Source of the DNA: Centroscyllium fabricii
Lineage: Eukaryota
Assembly: GCA_051313645.2 (NCBI GenBank)
Contig: JBNRSN020000010.1
Coordinates: forward strand, 209,870,001-209,934,000
Reading direction: 5' to 3'
Length of the DNA stretch: 64,000 nt
Shown here: positions 48,425 through 60,312 of the stretch, in pieces
How positions within the stretch are numbered: the first letter of the stretch is position 1
Layout: the number at the start of each line of letters is the position of its first letter
Notes under the pieces: generated by a model
The model's input: the letters and a program-made list of their open reading frames with translations, nothing else
The model's database searches: none
Told to the model about the DNA's origin: nothing
Program-made: the position numbers and the translations under genes

Positions 48425-49350
48425 CAATTCAATTCAATTCAATTCAAGTTTTATTGTCATTGCAGAGTACTAGTACAATACAACGAGACGAAGACTCGAC
48501 GCTCCCGAGAGTAGTGCAAATAAATTACATGCAAATTGCATACAGTAAAGTACATTATCAGGCGTGCAGGTACCGGAGTTTATTTTTAGAGTTCAGGAGG
48601 CTGACAGCCCTGGGGAAGAAGCTGTTCTTAAATCTAGTCGTGCGGGTGCGAATTGATCTGTAGCGTCTCCCGGAGGGCAGGGGGGCGAACAGACTGTGGC
48701 TGGGGTGTGTGGGGTCTTTAATAATGTTCATAGACCTCCGTAAGCAGCATTTGAGGTAGATGCTTTCCATTGACGGTAGCTGGGTACCGGTGATTCGTTG
48801 GGCAGTTTTGACTACCCACTGCAGGGTTTTCCGGTCCGAGATAGTGCAATTTCCATACCAGACAGTGATGCAGCTTGTCAGTATGCTTTCTATTGTGCAG
48901 CGGTAGAAGTTGGAGAGGATGCCGGATGACAGCCTGGCTTTCTTCAGCTTCCTTAGGAAGTACAGGCGCTGTTGGGCCTTCTTAACCAGAGAGGAGGTGT
49001 TTAGTGACCAGGAGAGATCTTCCGAGATGTGGACCCCGAGGAACTTGAAGCTGGAAACCCTTTCCACCTCAGCCCCTTGGATGAAGATGGGGGTGTGTCT
49101 TCTGCTTCCAGTCCTCCGGAAGTCCACTATGATCTCCTTAGTTTTCTTGGTGTTCAGTGCCAGGTTGTTGTCGGCACACCAACCCACAAGGCGCTGGATC
49201 TCATCCCTGTAGGCTGACTCGTCGTTGTTGGTGATCTGGCCAACCACCGTGGTGTCATCCGCAAACTTGATGATCGTGTTGGAGCCATGGACAGCCGCAC
49301 AGTCGTGAGTGAAGAGGGAGTAGAGGAGGGGGCTCAGCACACAACCCCCT
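48425..49350 (-). mobile_element. Rex1/Babar-like LINE 3' portion (RT ORF 48558-49340)
   Basis: LSPLLYSLFTHDC...IIKFADDTTVVG...KAQQRLYFLRKL and a (TTGAA)n tail. Confidence 0.92.
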
Positions 49351-49420
49351 GCCCACTGTCACATCACCCCATCTCCCCCTCCCCCCCGCCTCCGTCCCTG
49401 TACTGACATTGCCACCATGG

Positions 49421-49833
49421 ACATAGAAACATAGAAGATAGGAGCAGGAGTAGGCCATTCGGCCCCTCGAGCCTGCTCCGCCATTTAATGAGATCATGGC
49501 TGATCATCCAAACTCAGTACCCTGTCCCTGTCTTCTCCCCATATCCCTTGATCCCTTTAGCCTTAAGAAATATATCCAACTCTTTTTTGAATATATTTAA
49601 TAAGTTGGCCTCTACGGCCTTGTGTGGTAGAGAATTCCACAGGTTCACCACTCTCTGGGTGAAGAAATTCCTCCTCATCTCTGTCCTAAATGGCCTACCC
49701 CTTATTGTTAGACTGTGACTCCTGGTTCTGGACTCCCCGACCATCGGGAACATCCTTCCTGCATCTAGTCTGTCTAGCCCCGTTAGAATTTTATAAATTT
49801 CAACGAGATCCCCTCTCATTCTTCTAAACTCTA
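49421..49833 (-). mobile_element. CR1 LINE 3' fragment
   Basis: LEFRRMRGDL...FFTQRVVNLWNSLP and tail. Confidence 0.88.
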
Positions 49834-50174
49834 GCGACACCGACCCCCCACGTCCCTCTTCCCCCCACTCCCCCGTCACTTACCCCCCCCCGCCCCCGCC
49901 CACCATCCCATCTCCCCGTCTGCCTCCATCAATTCCCCGACAATGCCACCATGGACACCGACCCATTAAACATTAAATTGCCAGCCGGGGCTCAGTGGGC
50001 AGCACCCTCGCCTCTGAGTCAGCAAGGTGTGGGTATAAGCCCTACTCCAGAGACTTGAGCACAACGACCTAGGCTATCTCTCCCAGTGCAGTTGAGGGTG
50101 ATGTAAAAGACCCCACGGCACTATTTATCATAGAATCATAGAATCCCTACAGTGCAGATAGAGGGCATTTCGGC

Positions 50175-50556
50175 ACATAGAAACACAGAAACACAGAATA
50201 TAGGAGCAGGAGTAGGCCATTCGGCCCTTCGAGCCTGCTCCGCCATTTTTTTGATGAGATCATGGCTGATCATCCAAATCCAGCACCCCCTCCCACCCTC
50301 TCCCCATATCCCCCGAATCCCACCCTATCCCCGTAACCCTACATATTTACTCCCCCTAACACTAAGGGTCAATTTATCCTGGCCAATCAACCTAACCCGC
50401 ACATCTTTGGACTGTGGGAGGAAACCGGAGCACCCGGAGGAAACCCACACAGACACGGGGAGAATGTGCAAACTCCACACAGATAGTCACCCGAGGCCGG
50501 ATTTGAACCCGGGCCCCTGGCGCTGTGAGGCAACAGTGCTAACCACTATGCCACTG
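50175..50556 (-). mobile_element. HE1-type SINE
   Basis: Matches 901-1301. Confidence 0.85.
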
Positions 50557-50567
50557 TATTGAAAGTT

Positions 50568-50709
50568 AAGAAGTCACACAACACCAGATTATAGTCCAAC
50601 GGTTTTATTTTAAATAAAGTGATTTAAAATAAAACCGTTGGACTATAATCTGGTGTTGTGTGACTTCTTGCATTTGTCCACCCCAGTCCAACACCGGCAC
50701 CTCCACATT
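50568..50709. mobile_element. Penelope-derived hairpin insertion with 13-bp TSD
   Basis: 48-bp perfect inverted arms (50568-50615, 50622-50669); TTGAAAGTTAAGA on both sides (50559-50571, 50710-50722). Confidence 0.8.
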
Positions 50710-51095
50710 TTGAAAGTTAAGAGCAAGGGAGTTCTCCCCAGTGCTCTGGTCAATATTTATCCCTCAACCAACATCAATAAATAAAGATCATCTGGTCATT
50801 TAACTTATTGCTGTTTGTGGGAGCTTGCTGTGCACAAATTGGCTGCCACATTTCCTACATTACAACAGTGACTACACTTCAAAAGTACTTTATTGGCTGT
50901 AAAGTGCTTTGGGACATCCTGAGGTTGTGAAAGTCGCTGTAGAAATGCGAGTCCTTTCTCCGTTCTTACTGCCCATTCCACGTTATTAAATGTCTTCTGA
51001 TATTCACCTGTCTAGTTATTAATTGTCTTTACATAGAATCCTAGAATGATACAGCAGAGAAGGAGGCCATTCAGCCCAGCCGCCTGTGCCAGCTC

Positions 51096-51291
51096 TGTAA
51101 TGTTATTAAGGATCAGACGGGAGACCAACACTAAGCTTCTATGGAGCTTCTTTATTCAGGTCTTGTATACTGCCACTCCAAGCCTCAACTGAGGCATGGC
51201 TTAAGGCGGCGCCGGCTCCCACCACTCGGGCGTGACGTCAGACGTAAGTCAAGCCTGTGCTGTATTTATGCGAGTCACAGCTATCCTTACA
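51096..51291 (-). mobile_element. Short solo LTR inserted in a CR1 tail
   Basis: TGTAA...TTACA termini, 5-bp TSD AGCTC, AATAAA on the minus strand. Confidence 0.75.
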
Positions 51292-52711
51292 AGCTCTTTG
51301 AAATGAGCCATCCAATTAGTCCAAACCACACCCCCGCCCCCCGGTATTTTTCCCCATAGCCCTGTAAATTTTAATAAATTCAAATATTTCATAGAGTCAT
51401 AGAAATGTACAGCACAGAAAGTGGCCACTTGGCCCATCGTGTCTGTATTCCCTATTGAACGTCACTATTGAATCTGCTTCAAGGCAGCACGTTCCAGATC
51501 ATAATAACTCGCTGTGTAAAAAGTGTCTCCTCATCTCGCCTCTGGTTATTTTGCCAATCACCTTCACTCTGTGTCCTCTGGTTATCGAGCCTTCAGCGAC
51601 TGGGAACAGTTTCTCCTCATTTACTCTGTCAAAACCCGTCATGATTTTGAACACCTCGATCAAATCTCCTCTTAACCTTCTCTGCTCCAAGGAGAACAAC
51701 CCCAGCTTCTCCAGTCTCTCCCTGTAACTGTGAACTATATCTATCCCATCGAATGGATACAGTTAGGTATCAATCTAGTATACTGTATTCACTGCTCACA
51801 ATACAGCCTCCTCTACATTGGGGAGACCAAACGCAGATTGGGTGACCGCTTTGCGGAACACCTCCGTTCAGTCCATAACATAGAAACATAAAAACATAGA
51901 AACATAGAAGATAGGAGCAGGAGTCGGCCATTCGGCCCTTCGAGCCTGCGCCGCCATTCAATGAGATCATGGCTGGTCATCCAAACCCAGTACCCTGCCC
52001 CTGCCCTCTCCTCATATCCCTCGATCCCTATTGAGCCTGCACCGACACATATCCCACCCTATCCCCGTAACCCCATATATTCAATCCCCCTAACACTAAG
52101 GGTCAATTTATCCTGGCCAATCAACCTAACCCGCACATCTTTGGACTGTGGGAGGAAACCGGAGCACCCGGAGGAAACCCACGCAGACACGGGGAGAATG
52201 TGCAAACTCCACACAGATAGTACCCGTGGCCGGATTTGAACCCGGGTCTCCAGTGCTGTAAGGCAACAGTGCTAACCACTATGCCACCGTGCCGCCCGTA
52301 AGGGGGACCCCGAACTTCCGGTCGCCTGTCCCTTTAATTCTCCGCTCCACTCCCACTCTGATCTCTCTGTCCTCGGCCTCTTACTCTGTTCCACGGAAGC
52401 TCAACGTAAGCTCGAGGAACAGCACCTCATCTTTCCATTAGGCACTTTACAGCCGTCCGGACTCAACATTGAGTTCAACAATTTCAGATAATAACCCCTG
52501 CCCCGATTTTTCATGCTGTATGATTTTGCCATTCCCATTTGCTACATTTTCACAGTATGACCATTCACTTTCTTCCTCCCCTCCTAAATCGCCCCCCCAC
52601 CACGCCGCCCACCCACCCCCCCCCCCCCGCCCTGTCTCTTCACCTGATTAAAATCTGTTACATCTCCAGCTTTTTCTCAGTTCTGATGAAGGGTCCCAGA
52701 CCTGAAACATT

Positions 52712-54017
52712 GGCCCAGAAATTGGGCTCTGAACGCGTGAGTACGCACGGGGTCCTCACCCGGAGGCCATTGTAAAGTGTCGCTTTCCTGCCTGCACTGC
52801 GTATGCACAGGAAACCGGCACTTCCGTTCCCCGAACTAAGGGGTTACGCGGTGAAGCGCGTGCGTGGGAGCGGCAGACCGTGCGTATTGCACTCGCGCTT
52901 TTTTTACAGGATTTTCTGTCCAGCTAAGTGAGAAAAAGTTAGAAACGAAAAAAGCAGCCGTAAGGCCGGCTTTTAACAAGGTAAGTGCTGAATTAATTCA
53001 ATTAAAACATTTTTTTCCACAGGTTTATTATTTTTAAATACTTTAAAGAAAGGTAAGTTTATTTTTAGCCCTGTTAAGGCCCTGTCACACCTTGACGTTT
53101 TAGCTTGCGTATGCAAATTTGGCCGATACGCTGGTATACGTTGGACAAGTTATGGGTACGTTATGCATACGTTAAGAGCACGCTGGCATACGCTGGCCAT
53201 AAGTTGTATAAGTCGTATAAGTCGTGATTTTTTGTGCATGCACAAAAAATCACGACGTATAAATGTTACGATTTATACGTTCCGCATACGCTGGACATAC
53301 GTTGTAGGCACGTTAGGCGATCGTTAAACACACATTACCTTGCCCCTGTCATGCCCTGTCACACCTTGACGATTTAAAGCTAGCGTTTTCCAATTTTTTC
53401 TAAATTTATCTAAAACGTCGGCGATACGCTGCCGCGCGCTATGCATACGTTAGACTATCGTTGGGCATAAGTTGTGAACGCTAAGCATTCGTTATTGATA
53501 CGCTCTGCGTACGTTACTAATACGTTACGCATATGTTATGCATACGTCCAATACTCCAAAAATTGAAAAAAGTGTCGAAAGTTCAGCGTTTTAGCCTCAT
53601 TTGCATAGGCTGGCTAAATCGTCAAGGTGTGACAGGGCCTTTAGGAAAAATAATTACATTTTTCAAAAATTTAAATTATTGTTTAAAATAGTTATTTAAT
53701 GTAATTTATAGTTATTTTAAAAATGTGATGTTTCAAAAAAAAATTATTTGAAGATTTAGTGATGTTTTGGGGCTTGTAGTTTTCATAGTTTTGACAGTTC
53801 TTCCTGTCAAACTTATGAATGGAGCATTCTCTGCTCCGATTGGCTCTCCGTGGCCCACGTGATCCATCGCACTATCTGCGCCGCTGGGATACACGAGCAC
53901 GGCGCACCGGCAGTTGGAGGAGGCCCCGGATCGGAATTCCACGCGGGCCGGCGCGCAAGGTAAGTGCAGGTTGGAGGCTCGCACCCGCTGGAAGCCTCCG
54001 ACCCGAATTTCTGGGCC
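52712..54017. mobile_element. Harbinger-like MITE, TIR GGCCCAGAAATT, TSD ATT
   Basis: 12-bp TIRs, 3-bp TSD; inverted sister copy at 62410-63147. Confidence 0.85.
53077..53640. mobile_element. Harbinger-like MITE (AGGCCCTGTCACACCTTGACG TIR) nested in the previous MITE
   Basis: TTA TSD on both sides; same family as 44182-44956. Confidence 0.9.
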
Positions 54018-54528
54018 ATTAACTTCTTTCTCCACGGATGCTGCCTGGCCTGCTGAGTTTTTCCAGCGTTTTCTGTTGTTATTTCAGTTGGGTGTTGTTA
54101 CTCTTCACAATCTAGATCAATGATCTGATGAAGGCGGGGAGTGTAATATCCACACGTTTGTGGTGACACGCGGATCTGTGCTGATATCAGAATGCCTGGG
54201 AAGAAGCAAAGATTCCAATCTGATCTTGATGCGATGGGGAAATGGGCCCACATCTGGCAGATGACATTCAGTGTTGATAAATCTAGTGTGATGCATGTGG
54301 GTAGGACAGAAGCCGAGCATCTGTACACCATGCCCGGCTCTGAAGTAAAGGCTGTTGAGAAAGAGACCTGAGAGTTATAGTGCAGGAGTTTCTAAAGCTC
54401 CGTCAACAGTTCCGAGAGACTACAGTGAATTAAATTAGGGCAAGGGGCTGTATAGCTAGGACAATTCAATATTAAACTAATAGCACCATAGTTTCCCTGA
54501 ACAAGACATTCGTTAGGCCCCATCTAGA

Positions 54529-54927
54529 CGCACGGTGGCACAGTGGTTAGCACTGTTGTCTCACAGCACTGGAGACCCGGGTTCAAATCCAGCCTCGGGT
54601 ACTACCTGTGTGGAGTTTGCACATTCTCCCCGTGTCTGCGTGGGTTTCCTCCGGGTGCTCCGGTTTCCTCCCACAGTCCAAAGATGTGCGGGTTAGGTTG
54701 ATTGGCCATGATAAATTGACCCTTAGTGTTAGGGGGATTGAATATGTGGGGTTACGGGGATAGGGTGGGATATGTGTCGATGCAGGCTCGATAGGGATCA
54801 AGGGATATAGGGAGAGGGCAGGGGCGGGGTACTGGGTTTGGATGATCAGCCATGATCTCATTGAATGGCGGAGCAGGCTCGAAGGGCCAAATGGCCTACT
54901 CCTGCTCCTAGTTTCTATGTTTCTATG
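54529..54927 (+). mobile_element. HE1-type SINE
   Basis: Head, core and TTCTATGT tail match other copies. Confidence 0.85.
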
Positions 54928-54967
54928 TAGACGATAGAGTCCAGTTCTGATCCCCTCACATGGTGGG

Positions 54968-55648
54968 AGATGCAGGTACAGCAAGCAATTAAGAAGGCAA
55001 ATGGTATGTTAGCCTTTATTGCAAGAGGGTTGGAGTATAAGAGTAAGGAAGTCTTACTGCCATTATATAGGGCCTTGGTGAGACCCCACCTGGAGTATTG
55101 TGTACAGTTTTGGTCTCTTTATCTAAGGAAGGATATACTTGCCATAGAGGGAGTGTAACGAGGGTTCACTGGATTGGTTCCTGGGATGGGGGGATTGTCC
55201 TATGAGGAGAGATTGAGTAGACTCGGCCATTATTCTCTGGAGTTTAGAAGAATGAGAGGTGATCTCATTAAAATGTATAAAATTCTTAGAGGGCTCAACA
55301 GAGTAGATGCTGAGAGGTTGTTTCCCCTGGCTGGGGAGTCTAGAACGAAGGGTCACAGTCTCAGAATAAGGGGGTCAGTCATTTAGGACTGAGATGAGGA
55401 GGAATTTCTTCACTCAAAGGGTTATGAATGTTTGGAATTCTCTACCCCAGACGGCTGTGGATGCTCAGTCGATGAGTATATTCAACACTGAGATCGCTAG
55501 ATTTTTGGACTCTCGGGGAATCAAGGGATATGGGGATTGGGCGGGAAAGTGGAGTTGAGGTCGATGATCAGCCATGATCTCATTGAATGGCGGAGTAGGC
55601 TCGAGGGGCCGTATGGCCGACTCCTGCTCCTAATTCTTACATTCTTAT
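54968..55648 (+). mobile_element. CR1 LINE 3' fragment
   Basis: MQVQQAIKKANGMLAFIARG...YCVQFWS; in-frame stop; tail present. Confidence 0.88.
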
Positions 55649-57309
55649 GCCCACCCAGGACAAAGCAGCTCACTTGACTGGCGCCCCATCCACCACTTTG
55701 AACATCCGCTCCCTCCACCCTCCTTCATCGTTGCTGGGCCAAAATCCTGGAACTCCCTCCCTAACAGCACTGTGGGAGCACCTTCACCACACGGACTGCA
55801 GCGGTTCAAGAAGGCGGCTCACCACCACCTTCTCGAGGGCAACTAGGGATGGGCAATAAATGTTGGCCTTGCCAGCGACGCCCACATCCCAGGAACGAAT
55901 ATTTTTAAAAAGGACATGCTTATCAGTGACACAAGCAGCCAACCAGGTTGGTCGTCAGATGGTTTCTCTGCACCCAGAGGGTCACTGGCCTTTGGAGTTG
56001 GTCCATGGCTGGTGCGCTGCATGCCGATTTGCTGCAAACATTCTAAGAAGAACTTAGACGAGTGCCCGGAGGAGGCTGATATCACACGGGTTTCTCCGGT
56101 GGGAGGGTGGTTCCGCAAATCCGCCGCCCAAGTTACGATCTGTTCAATCACAAGAAACTCCTTCCCCACCGACCTCCCCGGGGAATTCAACCTCTGAACT
56201 TCAGCCTTCAACCTATTGGAGAGTGACATGGGCCTTGGGCAGGAGAGTGAAACGGGCGATAGTGAAATCTGCGGCCAGCGGGAGTAGAAGATCGGGCGCG
56301 GGCCGTAAAACGGGAGTTGCCGATTCTTTATCGCCCGCTTCGTGCTCCCACCCAATACCAATTCTGCCCCCATTCAGTTAGTAAATAACTGTAGCCGATA
56401 ACTGAAGGACTTCAGTTTCAAATTGAAGTGAGGAACATTCTGGAACCAGTTGAAGTGGCACCAGATTCCCCAGGAACCCAAGGCTGGGTGAGTCACGTTC
56501 AATGACTGTATTTAAAAATCGGTTTGTGTGAAGGTTCAAAGCATATCAGTAGCAGAAGGAAGGAGCGACAAAAAATAGGTATTTAAACCACCCCTCGGAC
56601 TTTCATGTCTTATTATCCCTCTACGGTGTCATGTGTAATTAAGCAGAGCAAACCTGCAACATTCTCCAGACAAATATTCGGTGCTGGAAAGCCCTCAGGT
56701 TCAATCATTCTGCCTCCGAGATGTTGCCGACTGTTTTAATGTGGTGTTGCAGTCAAAGCTCTGGACCAGATTGTTATCTTCGTCAGGTGGTGGGGTACGT
56801 CATACGTTGCTCCCCTCTCACCCCTCGCCTGTACCAGTCGTGTTTCAGTGGGTAGAGCGCTCACGTCTGTGTCCAAGGTCTGTGGGTTCAAGCCCCACTA
56901 CAACAAACTGGAGCAGGTAGTCCAGGCTGACACTCCCACCACATTGAACATCCGCTCCCTCCACCCTCCTTCGTCACTGGGTCAAAATCCTGGAACTCCC
57001 TCCCTAACAGCACTGTGGGAGCACCTTCACCACATGGACTGCAGCGGGTCAAGAAGGCGGCTCACCACCACCTTCTCGAGGGCAACTAGGGATGGGCAAT
57101 AAATGTTGGCCTTGCCAGCGATGCCCACATCCCAGGAACGAATATTTTTAAAAAGGACATGCGTATCAGTGACACAAGCAGCCAACCAGGTTGGTCGTCA
57201 GATGGTTTTGTTTTACCCAGAGGGTCACTGACCTTTGGAGTTGGTCCACGGCTGGTGTGCTGCATGCCGATTTGTTGAAAACATTCTAAGAAGAACTTGG
57301 ACGAGTGCT

Positions 57310-57895
57310 TGGAGGGAGTGCTCCACTGTCTGAGGGGTATTACTGAGGGAGCGCTGCACTGCCAGAGGAGCAGTACTGAGGGAGCACTGCACTGTCGGAG
57401 GGGCAGTTCTAAGGGAGCACTGTACTGCCAGAGGGGCAGTACTGAGGGAGTACTGCACTGTCGGAGGGGCAGTACTGAGGGAGCACGGCACTGTCGGAGG
57501 GGCAGTACTGAGGGAGTGTCGCACTGCCAGAGGAGCAGTACTGAGGGAGCACTGCACTGCCAGAGGGGCAGTACTGAGGGAGCACGGCTCTGTCGGAGGG
57601 GCAGTACTGAGGGAGTGCCGCACTGTCAGAGGGGCAGTACTGAGGGAGCGCTGCACTGCTAGAGGGGCAGTCCTGAGGGAGCACTACACTGTCGGAGGGG
57701 CAGTACTGAGGGAGTGCCGCACTGTCGGAGGGGCAGTGCTGAGGGAGCGCTGCACTGTCGGAGGGGCAGTGCTGAGGGAGCGCTGCATTGTCGGAGGGGA
57801 AGTACTGAGGGAGCGCTACACTGTCGGAGGAGCAGTACTGAGGGAGTGCTGCACTGCCAGAGGTGTCGCCTTTCGGATGAGCCGTTAAACCGAGG
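57310..57895. repeat. 33-bp SINE-derived minisatellite, opposite orientation to 23890-24300
   Basis: About 16 units of GCAGTACTGAGGGAGCGCTGCACTGTCGGAGGG, running directly into the SINE continuation GTCGCCTTTCGGATGAGCCGTTAAACCGAGG. Confidence 0.9.
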
Positions 57896-58744
57896 TGTGG
57901 CATTCATGGTCTTGGAGTGGTGTGCAGCAGTCCCTTTAAGGAGCTGTGGTTAGGTCCTCCAGCATCCTACTTGCCACACACCCCCTACCCACTGATACCT
58001 TAACATTGAATTAGAGTCCTACGTATGTCCTTATTCACGCGATTAGCACCTTGCGACCGTCCCATTCCCGCCCAGCAAAGCAAATAAATATCAGCCGCAC
58101 CCAATCGTAAAATTCTAGCCAAGTTCAATCCACGCCCCAAGTTCTTCTCCCTCGTCCAGTTCTCTTTGTAAATCTGCTTGTTGTCGCCTAGTGGTTATGG
58201 TACTGGCCGAGGAGCCAAGAGGTTGTGAGTTCAGATTGTGGCAAGTTGTCAAATTTTATTTCACCTCCTCCAGAGCAGTAGAACCAGAGGATACGGCCGG
58301 AAGGGACGTAAATTCAACACTGATCTGCGTAAACAATATTTCAGTGAGCGAGTGGTCAATCTATGGAACAGGCTCCCAAGGGAGACGGTGGGAGCTGATA
58401 GTGTTAAATGATTCAAAACCAAATTAGATAGACTACTTTCAGAAAATAACATTTTGGGACAACGCATGTGAGTAATTTCAGAAATGACGTGTGGGGAGTG
58501 CAGCGAGCTCGGGAGGAGCAGATGACTCTGGACCTGTGGTTCTCCAGCTCTCCACCACTGGGGATTTTCCTCACCTCATGTCTGGGTCTGTTGTAGACTC
58601 ATTGATAGAGATTGATTGCTCAGGATAAGGGGTTGGCTATTTAGGACTGAGATGGTGAGAAATTTCTTCACTCAAAGGGGTGTGAATCTTCGGAATTCTC
58701 TACCCCAAAGGGCTGTGGATACTGAGCCATTGAGTACCTTTGTA

Positions 58745-59300
58745 CCTCTAGACTTGACTATTCCACCGGACTCCTGGCTGGCCTCCCACATTCCACCCTT
58801 TGTAAACTTGAGTTCATCCAAAACTCGGCTGCCCGTGTCCTAACTCGCACCAAATCCTGTTCACCCATCACCCCTGTGCTAACTGACCTACATTGGGTCC
58901 CGGTTAAGCAACATCTCGATTTTAAAATTCTCATCCTTGTTTTCAAATCCCTCCATGGCATTGCCTCTCCCTATTTCTGTATTCTCCTCCAGCCCCACAA
59001 CCCCCTGAGATATCTGTGCTCCTCTAATTCAGGCTTCTTGAGCATCTCTGATTATAATCTCTCCACCATTGGCGGCCGTGCCTTCTGTTGCCTCGGCCCT
59101 AAGCTCAGGAATTCCCTCCCTAAACCTCTCCGCCTCGCTACCTCTCTCTCCTCTTTTAAGACTCTCCTTAAAACCTACCTCATCTGCCCTAATTTCTCCT
59201 TTTGTGGCTCGGTGTCAAATGTTGTTTATAACGGTCCTGTGAAGCGCCTTGGGACGTTTTATGACGTTAAAGGTACTATATAAATACAAGTTGTTGTTGT
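58745..59300 (+). mobile_element. L2-like LINE 3' fragment nested in a CR1 tail
   Basis: LTDLHWVPVKQHLDFKILILVFKSLHG...IGGRAF, (TTG)n tail; CR1 sequence at 58620-58737 resumes near 59301. Confidence 0.85.
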
Positions 59301-59599
59301 AGTACATTCAAGACTGAGAGCGATAGATTTATGAATAATAAGGGAATCAAGGGATATGGGGATCGGGCGGGAAAGTGGAGTTGAGGTAGAAGATCAGCCA
59401 TAATCTTATTGAATGGTGGAGCAGGCTCGAGGGGACGTATTGTTCCTAATTCTTATGTTCTTATGCTATGATTAGTCAGCAACCCCATTATCATGCGACT
59501 ACCAGAGTGGTAGAAGGTGAACTCGATGGATCTTGGTCGTTCTCCGTCTAGCAATTCCTATGCATTCAATAACTTGTCAGGTAACTTGAGGTCTGGCAC

Positions 59600-60312
59600 C
59601 AGATACGTTGCAGGAAAGGATGCCCCGGGGCATGGTACATCGGCGAGACCATGCAGACACTGCGACAACGGATGAACGGACACCGCGCAACAATCGCCAG
59701 GCCAGAGTGTTCCCTCCCAGTCGGGGAACACTTCAGCGGTCAAGGACATTCAGCCTCCGACCTTTGGGTAAGCATTCTCCAAGGAGGCCTTCGAGACACA
59801 CAACAACGCAAAATCGTCGAGCAGAGGCTGATAGCCAAGTTCCGCACCCATGAGCACGGCCTCAACCGTGATATTGGCTTCATGTCGCGCTACATGTGAC
59901 CCCGCCTGACGTAGAGTCATCCAGACTCGAATCATCTTTGGCTTGTTCTGTGATTTCCAGTGAGAAAAATCCTTTTTTTTAAATCATTCTGTGGGTTTTT
60001 CACACAGACAGCAGACTGTAACATTTGACCCTTTGTGACTGCACCCTTTGATCTCAGGCTGACTGATATATTAGAACATCTTTGATTGCTTTGATGTCTC
60101 TCTGCTGAGGTGTGATGTGGAACAGTTGGAGAGACCACATTGTTCTCTCCCTCTATATATATGCTATGTTTAAATGAATCTCGTCACTTCACCTGAGGAA
60201 GGAGCAGCACTCCGAAAGCTTGTGATTTCAAATAAAACTGTTGGACTATAACCTGGCGTTATGTGACTTCCTACAATTGTCCACCCCAGTCCAACACCGG
60301 GACCTCCACATC
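59600..60312 (+). mobile_element. Penelope-like element 3' end: GIY-YIG C-terminus plus pLTR with hammerhead motif (60188-60225)
   Basis: CRKGCPGAWYIGETMQTLRQRMNGH...GEHF...EQRLIAKFRTHEHGLNRD; TCAC-CTGAGGA-AGGAGCAGCACTCC-GAAAGCTT-GTGA. Confidence 0.85.

Larger units (their letters stand above)
51770..54087 (+). mobile_element. Penelope-like element 3' end (GIY-YIG endonuclease plus pLTR with hammerhead), interrupted by an HE1 SINE (51878-52297) and MITEs
   Basis: YCIHCSQYSLLYIGETKRRLGDRFAEHLRSV continues after the SINE as LPVACPFNSP...RKLEEQHLIFPLGTLQPSGLNIEF*. CTGATGA...GAAA at 52683; tail GATGCTGCCTGGCCTGCTGAG at 54038. Confidence 0.85.
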
